Below are positions 33,297 through 46,103 of a stretch of DNA of 64,000 nucleotides, piece after piece. The translations under genes were made by a program, and so were the position numbers. The stretch's first letter is position 1, and each line of letters begins with the position of its first letter. The notes beneath the pieces are model-generated. The model saw nothing but the letters and a program-made list of their open reading frames with translations, searched no databases and had not been told where the DNA came from. Source of the stretch: Eledone cirrhosa (lineage: Eukaryota); NCBI GenBank assembly GCA_964016885.1, contig OZ024759.1, positions 3,472,001 through 3,536,000 of the forward strand. Direction: 5' to 3'.

Positions 33297-35795
33297 ATGG
33301 CAGTGAGGGGGGCATTTACATTAAGAATTCCACCATTCTGGGTGCACGATCTAACACTGTGGTTCGCGCACATCCAAGCGCAGTTCGCATAATAACACAC
33401 GACCCACCTGTCGCTGCACGACCTAGAAGGCTACCACCAGACCGGCTGAAGTCCGTCAAACAAGAATTTCAGCACATGCTGGATCTCGGCATCATACGTC
33501 TGTCCTCACCCATACACTGTGTACCCAAGAAGTCGTCGAACGACTGGCGAATCTGTGGCGACTACCGTGCACTAAACAACTGCACCGTTCCTAACTCTTA
33601 TCCAGTACCTCATCTACAGGACTTCTCTAGCTCGCTGCACGGGGCTCGCATATTTTCGAAGATCGATCTTGTCGAGCTTAACAATCAGATACCCGTTGAG
33701 CCCGCAGATATTCCAAAGACCGCAGTCACAACACCCTTTGGAATGTTCGAATTTCTGCGTATGCCTTTCGGTTTGCGAAATGCAGCGCAAACATTCCAGC
33801 GATTCATCGATACAGTCACCAGGGGTCTACCTTTTGTATACGCATACATTGACGACTTACTGGTGGCCAGCAGCTCCGACGAAGGACATGAGAAACACCT
33901 GGATCTCCTATTCACACGTTTGCGTGAATATGGAATTGTTATCAACCCCAGCAAATGTGAGTTCGGAGTTGCGTCCCTTCATTTTCTGGGACACATCATT
34001 GACAAAGATGGTATTTGCCCACTTAAGGAGAAAGTCAAATCCATCATTGATTTTCCACAACCTATATCTCTCCGCAAACTGCGAGAATTTCTTGGCCTGG
34101 TAAACTTCTACAGAAGATTTATACCCCACTGTGCAGAGACAGCCCAACCACTCACAGATTTGCTGCGGCAGCGTACAACCAAAAACGCAAACATCAAGCT
34201 TCGCTGAGTTGAAGAAAATGTTGTCCGAGGCTACAATGCTGAGTTACCCCAAACCTGACGCCCCAATGTGTTTATTGACTGATGCATCCGATTTCGGAGT
34301 TGGAGGTGTGCTTCAACAACTCTCTGGCGATATTTGGCGACCTGTATCTTTTTTCTCTAAGCGATTAAAACCCGCCGAAACTAAGTACAGCACATTCAGT
34401 CGTGAATTATTGGCAGCATACCTTGCTGTCAAGCATTTTCGACACATGCTAGAAGGTCGTGTGTTCTCTATATACACCGACCACAAACCACTAGTGTACG
34501 CGTTCAATGCCAAGCCTGACCGACACTCACCCAGGGAGGTCCGACATCTGGACTTCATTTCTCAGTACACTACTGATATTCGGTACATTAAGGGTGCCAC
34601 CAACTCAGCAGCTGATGCCCTATCGCGCATGGAGCTTAAGGCAATCCACACCACTGCCACTATCGACCTCCAGAAGATTGCAGCGGATCAACAGAATGAC
34701 GAGGAACTGCTGCAACTCCGGAAATCATCCTTGAAATTGAAGGAATGCCTGCTGCCCTCTTCTTCGGGTTATATTTGGTGTGACATCTCCACAGGCCGCG
34801 AGCGCCCATACGTGCCCCGGAAACATCGACGCGACGTTTTCTCGACACAGCATTCTCTGGCACATCCTGGCGTCTGCGCCACGCAGAAACTGATGGTTGC
34901 CCGCTTTGTGTGGCCCAACATCAACAAGGACACCCGCGAATGGGCTAGGAACTGCATCGCGTGCCAGAAGGCGAAAATTCACCGGCACATCAAAGCCCCG
35001 ATCGCTTCTTTCGCAACACCTGATGCACGGTTCCAACATGTGCATATAGACATAGTTGGACCTTTGCCTCCTTCTCAAAACTACACTCATCTTCTCACCT
35101 GTGTCGACCGATTTTCTCGCTGGCCAGAAGCTTTTCCCCTGATGGATATTACTGCGGAAACTGTTGCCAAAACGTTAGTGTTTCACTGGGTTTCGCGTTT
35201 CGGCACACCCGTGACCATCACTACGGATAGAGGACGTCAGTTCGATTCGAACCTATTTACCGAGCTGCCTCGTCTCCTCGGGTGCAAACACATCCATACA
35301 ACAGCGTATCACCCTGCCGCTAACGGCATGGTAGAACGCTTACACCGCCAGCTAAAATCATCTATCAAGGCTTACGAAGACTCCACTAACTAGTTCGAAT
35401 ACCTCCCACTCATTCTTCTTGGTATTTGTTCCACTGTTAAAGAGGGAGTCGGACATTCTCCGGCTGAAATCGTGTATGGCACCGTACTCACTCTACCCGG
35501 ACAAATGATCACTCCTGTTTCGCCACAAGAACTTCCAGACCCTACAAAATATGTGCACCGTTTACGGTCATCAATGTCGCATCTGTCTCCTTCAGCCCCT
35601 AAACAACAGCACGTTACTTCACACATACCAAAAGACATCGATACATGTTTTCGTTAGAAATGACGATATTCCATCGCAACTTCGTCCACCGTATTCCGTC
35701 CGGGCCCTACAAGGTGATACAGAAATGCCCTAAGTATTTCGTCCTCGACTTGAACGGGAAGCGAAATACCGTCTCCATTGATCGTTTAAAAAAAG
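33297..35795 (+). pseudogene. Gypsy gag stub fused by deletion to pol (RT, RNase H, integrase), with frameshifts and stops
   Basis: [30 protein letters not shown], then [52 protein letters not shown] and GPYKV. Confidence 0.9.
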
Positions 35796-37119
35796 CGTTC
35801 ATAGAACAGGAATTGCCACCAGTACCCACCGTTTCTCCAGACTCACCAACAACTTTGCCCGACACAAACACGGCAAATATTGCACACCAAATCCGGAAGA
35901 ACAGTCCGATGGCCCACGCCATGGGATACGTACAAGTTTATCGGGTAAGTACAAATTATGCATCTGGTCGACATTTCGGCTAATTTGTACATTTCAACGA
36001 ATCGGCCAATTTCTGTGGTCATGAACTACACACAAATCAATTAACTCTGTGCATCACCCACATCAAAAGAACAGACAAAAGAACATTTTTCTGTTTCTAT
36101 GAAATGAACAAACTTTTAATCAACAAACTTTTCGTACGAACATTTTCAATATTATGTAACATCACAGTACATTTTCCTGAATGTAAATTTCTTTTGCTTT
36201 GCATGTTTTCTTCCATGTCTCCTGTTTGTAAATGACTTTCATGTGTTTTTTTATTTTTACTGATTTTCTTCAACAACACACCTAGTCATACCTATCTTCA
36301 TTTCACATGCACCTAGATCGTTCAATCTTAACTTGTTTACGCTCAAGAGACTAACCCCTTGGGAGAGGCTAAACGCAGGTCAGAGGTGTTTACGCCTGAC
36401 AGAAAATAGGTCAGAGGATATATCCATCTTTATGACTTGTTTACGCTTGGCAAACTAATCCTTGGGAGACTAACCAAAGTTTAGACGATATATCTATCCT
36501 TCTAAATTCTACTCTTATAAAGACAGGGATTGTTTACGCCAAAAACAGAAAACAAGTGGGATACAGACAAGACAAGACGTTTTACAAGCTCTCGTCACGA
36601 AAAACCAGTCTATCACTTATTCTCACCTTCCTGGCTGATCGCTGACTCCTGCAATACAAATAAGTAAATATACTGATACGCCGCACACACGCATTCATAG
36701 TGAGTCCAGCATTTGTACACGTATCATTCATTTCTGTTTACACGTATTATAATCGTATTCTGTGATATTTGAATTTACGTGGCTCGAAGAGCCACCAAAT
36801 TATTGTATGAATATTTTGTGTCAATTATTTTATCATTCAATATTCAAATTGAATATTGTTGTAATAAAATAAACTTTGTAACAACACTCCTGGTATTTTT
36901 CTTTACACCGAAACCACCATACCAACAGTTACATCCATCCATCCACTTGTCGTTACAACCACACATAATATTCCGTTACACCTCCGTCTATATTTCAACC
37001 ACTGGAACAACCTCACACAAGAAACAGTTGTCGCACCCTCAGTCAACATTTTAATGTCAAACATCGAAATAAATGTTATGAGTGTATATAGATAGATGTA
37101 TATTGTGTGTGTATATATA

Positions 37120-37330
37120 CAGTAATCCCCCGCTATATTGCGGTTCACTTTTCGCAGTCCCGTTACATCGCGGATATTTCTTTGGAACGTATCTAATTTC
37201 CTATCGCGGTAATCCTCGCCACATCGCGGATTATTCGTTAGAACATATCTATTTTCTTATCGCGGTACGTCTGAGTAAAAAGTGTTTAAAATTTAAACTT
37301 ATTAAATAAGTTTCGATGTTATTAAAGAGT
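37120..37330. mobile_element. Tigger/pogo-like DNA transposon end
   Basis: ta|CAGTAATCCCCCGCTATATTGCGG followed by repeated (t)cgcgg subterminal motifs; the other end was not found. Confidence 0.45.
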
Positions 37331-37714
37331 ATATCGTAAGGAAGGGACATCTTAAGGCTTTAATTATGAACAAATTTTTATATTTTCATTCCATTATTGT
37401 TTTACTGATTGTGTTTTGCTCTAATCTACTACAAACCCTTCATAGATTGGTCTCTCTGTAACATGGTTGTTTCTGGAACGTATCATGGCTTAGTGGTTAA
37501 AGCATTGGGCTTGCAATCTAAAGGTTGTGAGTTCGATTCTCGGACAGGGTGTTGTGTTGTGTCCTTGAGCAAGACACTTTATTTCACGTTACTCCAGTTT
37601 ACTCAGCTGTAGAAATGAGTTGTGATGTCACTGGTGCCAAGCTATATCAGTCATAACCTTTCTCTTGGACATATATATAGTGTATATATACTGTACACAG
37701 TGTATATATATCTA

Positions 37715-39430
37715 TATCATCATCACTGTTTTACGTCCCTTCTTCCATGGTAGTATGGGTTAGACAGGTTGTCCTGTTGTGGGCAGTGCCAGATAGGGTG
37801 ACCTTGTCTTGCTCAGATGGGAACCGATTTAGGCTTGATTTCCACAGCTGGATGCCCTTCCTAACACCAACCTCACAGTGAGTGATGGGTGTTTTTTTGT
37901 TGTGACACCTCCACGGCCACTTTACAGTGGGAGGGGGTGGGGCATATTGTCTATGTGCTTCAGCTTGTACCCAGGGGCTACAACACAACCTCCTCTGCTG
38001 CACACAGCATTTGATTCCTCTTATGTTCAGTCTCTCTCTCAATTTGTTAATGCTTTACCGTTCGCGTATATTACTATTACACGTCCATCGGAGCATGCAA
38101 GCTTCGTTTCTTTCTAATCTACGCAAGTCTTCTACAGACAGTGCCCAGGTCTCACTACCATGTAGCATTGCTGTTCGTATGCACGTATCATACTGTCTGC
38201 CTTTCATTTTGAGGGAAAAGCCTTTTGCAGCTAGCAGTGGCAGTAGCTCCCTAAACTTCTTCAATCCTGTTACTGTACTTTCAGAACACCCACCTCCGCT
38301 GCTCCTTTCGCCACCTAGGTAGCAAAAGCTGTCTACTGTTTCTACAGATCTCTCCCAGAGTTTGGTGGTGCTTGTTTCTTTAGTTCTGCCATAGATTCAG
38401 CTATAAGTGTAAGATCATCCGCATATAGGAGTTCCTATGGGCATCAGGTCTTAAACTCCTCTGTTATAGCCTGCAATACTATTATAAACAGAAGAAGGTT
38501 AAGAACAGAGCCCTGGTGGACACCGACCTGTATGCTAGATTCCTCGCTATAGTAATTGTTAACTCTAACTTTGCTGACTGCTCCCCTATACATGGCTTGT
38601 ACAGCTTTCACAAGCCACTAATCTACTCTTAGTTTTCTAAGAGCCCACCAGATTATAGCACGGAGCACTCTGTTGAAGAATTTTTCCATATCGACAAGAG
38701 CCAGGTAGAGCGGCTTGCTTTTAGCTAGGTACTTTACCTGTAACTGCCTCACAAGGAAGAGAGCATCAGTGGTGCTTTTTCCTGGCACAAGCCCAAACTG
38801 CATCTCACCTAGTTTTACCCACTCCCTGATCAACTGTGCTATGACTCTTTCGATTACTTTCATGACCTGGTCCATCAGCTTTATATCTCTATAGTTTATT
38901 CTATCTAGTGCATCTACTTTACCCTTGTAGCAGTTGACGATGATGCTGCTGCACCAATCCTTTGGTATGACACCCTCTAGTATTACCTGGTTAACAATAT
39001 GTGTGGTTATTACTTTATCTACCCATTTGTCAGCTAATAGTATACCTACACCACCCATCCCATTGTCATTTCCCACCCGGAAAAATTTATAGCACTAACT
39101 TTTGCCTACAAGGACTCTAGCGAACTCTCCTCTCCACCTAGTCTCTTGCACACAGCATACGTCAATATCCTTTCACTCTAGCATGTCTATAATTTCTCCT
39201 TCCCTTCCTTTCATTGTGCTTATGTTGATGCTGCCAACTCAGAGTTTTGAACATTTGCCATCATTTGTGGGAAAAGGTGAATTTTTGCAGGGGAGTGTGT
39301 ATGCTTCCTGTCTCTGAATTAAAGCTTTGCATGGGTGCTTGGTAACTCGCAGATTCATATTCATTTATTTATTCGGGGTTGTTCCATTTATCCTTCGCTC
39401 CTCCATACATAACGGTGAACAAGAATTCTT
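37715..39430 (-). mobile_element. Degraded, internally deleted RTE LINE
   Basis: ORFs 38618-39076 and 38055-38264 are homologous to the element at 29-32 kb; (CAT)n tail at ~37715. Confidence 0.85.
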
Positions 39431-39437
39431 TGGTGCA

Positions 39438-39879
39438 GGGCTAGAAGGACAGTAGTAGTAATGGCAGAGTTTGTTGGGGCTGGTAAGGGCTAGAAGGACA
39501 GTAGTAGTAATGGCAGTGTTTGTTGGGGCTGGTAAGGGCTAGAAGGACAGTAGTAGTAATGACAGAGTTTGTTGGGGCTGGTAAGGGCTAGAAGGACAGT
39601 AGTAGTAATGACAGAGTTTGTTGGGGCTGGTAAGGGCTAGAAGGACAGTAGTAGTAATGGCAGAGTTTGTTGGGGCTGGTAACGGCTAGAAGCACAGTAG
39701 TAGTAATGACAGAGTTTGTTGGGGGCTGGTAACGGCTAGAAGGACAGTAGTAGTAATGGCAGAGTTTGTTGGGGCTGGTAACGGCTAGAAGGACAGTAGT
39801 AGTAATGGCAGAGTTTGTTGGGGCTGGTAACGGCTAGAAGGACAGTAGTAGTAATGGCAGAGTTTGTTGGGGCTGGTAA
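39438..39879. repeat. 49-bp minisatellite, ~9 copies
   Basis: Unit ggctagaaggacagtagtagtaatggcagagtttgttggggctggtaa(g/c); ctagaagg at 39441 and 39490. Confidence 0.95.
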
Positions 39880-40778
39880 TGGGTAAGGACATGTTGCTGT
39901 GGTTTGATTGGTCAAATAGCCAATGGTAGTGAGTGGGAAATTGTGAGATAGGTAGCCATCATGACATATATCATCACAGGAGATTCGGGGGAAATAAGCA
40001 GATATAAGTAGGCTTATTAGACAAGGCAAGTATGCAAGAATTTCGAAGATTGTCACCTAGCTTTGAGAGAAAGGAGAGGTAATTGCAGGGGTTAGGGATG
40101 AGTTTGTAGAGAAAGACACAATGTCCAACATAGTTTATATCAAAAACAAGGTCGAAGTATATACATTGTGGAAACAAGTCAATGATAATAATAATAATAA
40201 TGTAAACAGAACATTTTGAAATTGGGGAAGAGAGATAGCTGTAGAATAGAAATAATCTATGAAAGTCTGGGATATAAGTTATATATATATGTTGTGATGT
40301 CACTTGTGCCAAGCTGTATCAGCCATTGCCTTTCCCTTGGACAACATATATAGCGTATAATATATATTGTACACATCGTATATATACTATATATATTGTG
40401 TATATATACTGTAGACAGTGTATATATGATATATATATAGTATATATATATGTAGTGATGTAACTGGTACCAAGCTGTATCAGCCATTACCTTTCCCTTG
40501 GACAACATCGGTGGCGTGGAGAGGGTAGACTGGTATACTTGGGTGACTGCTGGTCTTCCTCAAACAACTGGACTTGTGCCTCAGAAGGGAACTTTCTAGT
40601 TGCAAATCACATGGTCATTCTTGACCGACAGAGGTCTTCGATATGTTAGGTGTGTATATATAGATGTGTATTGATGTCCATGTGGGAGTCATTGATACCA
40701 ATGCTAGGGATGGCTGGTCTTCTATATTACTGTATAACACAAAGATCTCGATCCTGTGTCATTGTCTTAGAGAAGTGC

Positions 40779-42368
40779 AATTGTGTGAGGTCAGCTGTTA
40801 TCACCTCATCCCAGGTCTTCCTACTTCATATCTTCCATCAATTGTGTGAAGTCAGCTTTTATCACCTCATCCCAGGTCTTCCTACTCCATAGCTTCCATC
40901 AATTGTATCAGGTCAGCTATTATCACCTCATCCTAGGTCTTCCTACTTCATAGCTTCCATCAATTGTGTGAGGTCAGCTTTTATCACCTCATCCCAGGTC
41001 TTCCTACTTCATAGCTTCCATCAATTGTGTCAGGTCAGCTGTTATCAACCCATCCCAGGTCTTCCTTCTCTATAGCTTCCATCAATTGTGTCAGGTCAGC
41101 TTTTATCACCTCATCCCAGGTCTTCCTACTTCATAGCTTCCATCAATTGTGTCAGGTCAGCTTTTATCACCTCATCCCAGGTCTTCCTACTTCATAGCTT
41201 CCATCAATTGTGTCAGGTCAGCTATTATCACCTCATCCCAGGTCTTCCTACTTCATAGCTTCCATCAATTGTGTCAGGTCAGCTTTTATCACCTCATCCC
41301 AGGTCTTCCTACTTCATAGCTTCCATCAATTGTGTCAGGTCAGCTTTTATCACCTCATCCCAGGTCTTCCTACTTCATAGCTTCCATCAATTGTGTCAGG
41401 TCAGCTTTTATCACCTCATCCCACGTCTTCCTACTTCATAGCTTCCATCAATTGTGTCAGGTCAGCTTTTATCACCTCATCCCAGGTCTTCCTACTTCAT
41501 AGCTTCCATCAATTGTGTCAGGTCAGCTATTATCACCTCATCCCAGGTCTTCCTACTTCGTAGCTTCCATCAATTGTGTCAGGTCAGCTTTTATCACCTC
41601 ATCCCAGGTCTTCCTACTTCATAGCTTCCATCAATTGTGTAAGGTCAGCTTTTATCACCTCATCCCAGGTCTTCCTACTTCATAGCTTCCATCAATTGTG
41701 TCAGGTCAGCTTTTATCACCTCATCCCAGGTCTTCCTACTCTATAGCTTCCATCAATTGTGTAAAGTCAGCTTTTATCACCTCATCCCAGGTCTTCCTAC
41801 TTCATAGCTTCCATCAATTGTGTGAAGTCAGCTTTTATCACCTCAGACTAGGTCTTCGTACTCTATAGCTTCCATCAATTGTGTCAGGTCAGCTTTTATC
41901 ACCTCAAACTAGGTCTTCCTACTCCATAGCTTCCATCAATTGTGTGAGGTCAGCTTTTATCACCTCAAACCAGGTCTTTTTACTCCATAGGTTCCATCAA
42001 TTGTGTAAGGTCAGCTTTTATCACCTCATCCCAAGTCTTCCTACTTCATTGCTTCCATCAATTGTGTCAGGTCAGCTTTTATCACCTCATCCCAGGTCTT
42101 CCTACTTCATAGCTTCCATCAATTGTGTCAGGTCAGCTATTATCACCTCATCCCAGGTCTTCCTACTTCATAGCTTCCATCAATTGTGTCAGGTCAGCTA
42201 TTATCACCTCATCCCAGGTCTTCCTACTTCATAGCTTCCATCAATTGTGTCAGGTCAGCTATTATCACCTCATCCCAGGTCTTCCTACTTCATAGCTTCC
42301 ATCAATTGTGTCAGGTCAGCTATTATCACCTCATCCCAGGTCTTCCTACTTCATAGCTTCCATCAATT
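40779..42368. repeat. 61-bp minisatellite (~26 copies) derived from the RTE ORF C-terminus
   Basis: Unit aattgtgtcaggtcagcttttatcacctcatcccaggtcttcctacttcatagcttccatc; the reverse strand encodes KTWDEVIKADLTQ. Confidence 0.92.
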
Positions 42369-42943
42369 TTATAAAATGCTTGAAAACAACTTAGAAAAAA
42401 TGTTACTCAAAATCAAAATTTAATCCCAAAGAGAGGAAATTGGAACATTATCCACTGAAAGTTGCTTAACCCTTTAGTGTCCAAACCAGCCAAAACTGGC
42501 CAGAATTCTCTACCTCTTTCTGTTGAAACTGGCTGTAACTGGTCGCTCAGACTGATGTTAAGGTATTGTTCTCAAAATAAATACTTTCAAAATCTGATAG
42601 ATTCAATATTATGTGAGATAAAGCCTTTACCATGAAAATATAATAGTATATATAAAATAATGTGAATGCTAAAGGGTTAACCCTTTAACATTTAAACCGG
42701 CAATAACTGGCCAGAGTTCTGTCCTCTTTTTCTTTTTAAACCACTCGTAACTGGCCACTCATACTGATGTTAAAGTATTGTTCTCAATATAAATAATATC
42801 AGATTCGATATTATGTGAGGTAAAGACTTTACCATGGAAATATAATAGTATATATAGAGTAATGTAAATGTTATGTGAGATAAAGACATTACCATGGAAA
42901 TATAATAGTATATATAGAATAATGTAAATGTTAAAGGCTTAAA

Positions 42944-42979
42944 CCCTGAAGAAAGGACTTTTAGGTCCCGAAATATTGG
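42944..42979 (+). ncRNA. Degenerate minimal hammerhead-like motif
   Basis: cc-CTGAAGA-aaggac tttta ggtccc-GAAA-tatt-gg; stems I and III are very short. Confidence 0.35.
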
Positions 42980-44614
42980 ACAGATAAAAGAACAACAACA
43001 AAAAAACAAAACAAAGATTACCAGGTAACTTTTACTTTTCCTTACCTCATCTTATTGTCCATTTTGCATTGTTTAGCCTTCTATCTCTTTCAACGTTATA
43101 TTTTATATAGAATGCTTCAAACAAACTACAACATTTAATTATATATCATCATCATCATCTTCAATTAACGTCCATCTTCCACACTAGCATGTGTTAGACG
43201 GGTCCCATTTAGAGGCAAGTGTGGGCTGGATGCTTTTTTGCTGTCTTCTACACGTTCAGTGTGGGTGAGATATATATATATGTGTATGTATATATCATCA
43301 CCATTTAGCGTCCATTTTTCCATTCTTGCATGGGTTAGACGGGTCATTCACACCAGGAGGCAAGTCTGGCCAGGGTTGGCCATGTGTCGCACCTTGCTCA
43401 GGTGAGGTCTGTAAATTTGGTGGGGTATTTTACAGCTGGATTCCCTTCCTAACATCAACCATGTTTACAGTGTGGAACTGGATGGCTCTGTTATGAGGAG
43501 GGACAGGCCAGTTGGCTGCACTGAACTCATCTCACAGTGGAACTATAATTTTGGGGGGGCCTGGTACTGGGTGGCACCATTGAGGAGGGGGTAGCCAGTC
43601 AGCTGCTCCAAACTCATCTCACGAGGTTACCACAGTTTTGGGGCCCCTGTACTAGGGGCTATAGTGATGGTGTAGCTAGTTTATATGAATAAGTAAATCT
43701 GACGCAGGTATATTTCTACAGTTTACCAATGTACCGTACTTACTGGCGCCAATGACGACCAATTTTTGAAAAAAAATAATAATCAACCTTCGGCCTCCAG
43801 GACATATGGTAGATATTTTGGACTTATATTAGGGAAAAAGTAATGTCTTTGATGCTAGGAAATATGGTGAAAATTTAAAATTTCCACTGTTAAATCTATC
43901 CCTGCATTTTAAGTATTCTCTATTATCTCATACTGTTACTTTCTTATAAGTCCTATAAGAATGCAATTTTTGCTAAACTACCATAGAGCAGACCTCTGAA
44001 GTGATAGAAGGATATAATTTATAGAGCATGCTGGAATACCACTGCTTACATTGGAGAGAATTTCTCTGGACAGAATGTTGATATCTACAGTTTACCAATA
44101 TAGAAATATAACATTTCCACTGTTAAATCTATCTCTGCTTCTAAAGTATTCTCTATTATCTCATACTGTTTCTTTCTTATTTCAGAATATCAGATGACAT
44201 TGGGATAAATTATTATTTTCAATCTTGGATACATCATCTCTATTTATCATCATTTGAAGACTAAAACCTTCTAAACAGAACTTATATAACACTGTTTATA
44301 TAAATCTATAGTTCAATTACTGTGAAATATTTCCTCAAAACTGAGTTTATTTTCTTCACTATAAGATGGTTTTGTATTTTAACTAAACTTGGATGAAACA
44401 GAAGTTTGTATTATCTTCAGATATTAACTGAAATCACAGTTGAGGGAAATATAGAAGAATATTTTATAAGAAATATAATATAAAAAATATTACAAGAAAA
44501 ACATCTGTATATTCTGTTGAAGAAGAAATCATTATGCCAAATAAATTGACAAAGAAGATTAAATGTGTAACACAATCTAAAGTGTTTAGTATTGCTGGTG
44601 AGATGACAAAGGTT

Positions 44615-45290
44615 AGAGAAGAGAAGCCATATCACTGTGATATCTGTGATAAATCATTCTCTCAAAGTGGTACCTTAACTACTCACAAACGTATACATAC
44701 AGGAGACAAGCCATATCACTGTGATATCTGTGGTATATCATTCTCTGGGAAAAGTAGCCTAACTACTCACAAATGTATACATCATCATCATCATCATCAT
44801 TTTACGTCCGCTTTTCCCTGCTTGCAGAAGAGAAATCATAATGCATTGACATCAGTGATAAATCCTTCTCTCAAATTTGTGAATTAATGAGAATACAAAT
44901 ACATATCATTGTAACATCTTAGGGAAATCCTTCTCTTTGAATGTTACATTAACTATACACACACATATACATACAGCTGGGAAGCCATATCACTTTGATA
45001 TATTTGGTACATCATTCTCTAAATGTTGTGGCTTCACTAGACACCAACATCTACAGGAGAGGAACCATATCACTGTGATGTCTGTGATAAATCCTTCTCT
45101 AAATGTTGTGGTTTCACTAGACACCAACATATACATACAGGAGAGGAACCATATCACTGTGATGTCTGTGATAAATCCTTCTCTAAATGTTGTGGTTTAA
45201 TTAGACACTAACATATACAGGAGAGGAACTATATCACTGTGATGTCTGTGGTACATCTTTCTCTTATAAAGATTACTTAATGCAACACAA
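44615..45290 (+). pseudogene. C2H2 zinc-finger array pseudogene
   Basis: [54 protein letters not shown], then a (CAT)n antisense retroelement tail and further frameshifted ccatatcactgtgat fingers. Confidence 0.85.
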
Positions 45291-45359
45291 TTAGATAAAA
45301 AGCATGTCACTCACCTAAAATAGTGCCATCACAATGTTGTTAATATTTTGAATAAACCT

Positions 45360-46100
45360 GTTTTACTAAGAAATTCTCCTTTCATTTTATGTCTGTACAA
45401 TCACAGTCTTCTCTCTTACACACCACTTCAGCTCACTCTTAAACCCAGCTTCTTCTTGAACTTGTCCAAGCTCTCCCTTTCTCTCACACTTACACAACAT
45501 ATCCTACAAAGCATGGTTGTTTCATATCTCTCCAGTCTACATAACCTCTGCAGTCACAGCCCTTATTTCGTTACCATGCATCATTGCATATCACCCACAT
45601 GTGTCATACAGTTGTCCTTTTGTACAGAGAGAGAGAAACTTTTTGTGGTCAACTGTTGCAGTAGCTCTCTAAACTTTTTCCATCCTATCCTTATTCTAGC
45701 TATACAACTTTCAGAGCAGCCCCCTCCACTTCTAATTAACTCACCTAGATTGCAAAATATATTTGTCAGCATACTTTATGAAGGGTCTGTTTGGAAGTGC
45801 CTCGCCTAATAAACAATGGTGCCATAACTGGACTCAGAAACCAATGGTCACACATACATGGTAAGTTAGCTAAGAACGTAGGTTTTACATTGGTTCACTG
45901 CGCTGGAGAAGTAAGCAGCAATCACGTTTAGGAGACAAGCTCTATCAAATATTTAAAGGGTTCCATAGAAGCAGTTGACAGTTTCTGTTACCTGGGGTAT
46001 CAAATAAGCAGTGGAGGTAGGTGTTCTGAAAGTACAGTAACAAGAGTAAGAACAAGATGGCAGAGGTTTAGGGTGTTACTACTGCTGCTAGCTACAAAAG
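45360..46100. mobile_element. Two old RTE fragments in opposite orientations
   Basis: LGELIRSGGGCSESCIARIRIGWKKFREL on the minus strand, and a plus-strand copy of the same region at ~45960-46100. Confidence 0.7.
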
Positions 46101-46103
46101 GTT

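Larger units (their letters stand above)
32806..36980 (+). mobile_element. Gypsy/Ty3 LTR retrotransposon, internally deleted
   Basis: LTR homology between 32873-33186 and 36334-36641; both LTRs end atattccgttaca (33208 and 36980); PBS; gag start; pol. Confidence 0.9.

Noticed and set aside
36880-37050. Cys/Gly/Trp-rich minus-strand stretch resembling a decayed EGF exon
   Set aside because: It contains stops, lacks proper EGF spacing, and straddles the Gypsy 3' LTR end at 36980.
39880-40056. Possible signal-peptide or upstream exon of the EGF/lectin gene
   Set aside because: There is an acceptor-like tract but no ATG start or convincing donor; one frame stops early and another runs into a minisatellite.
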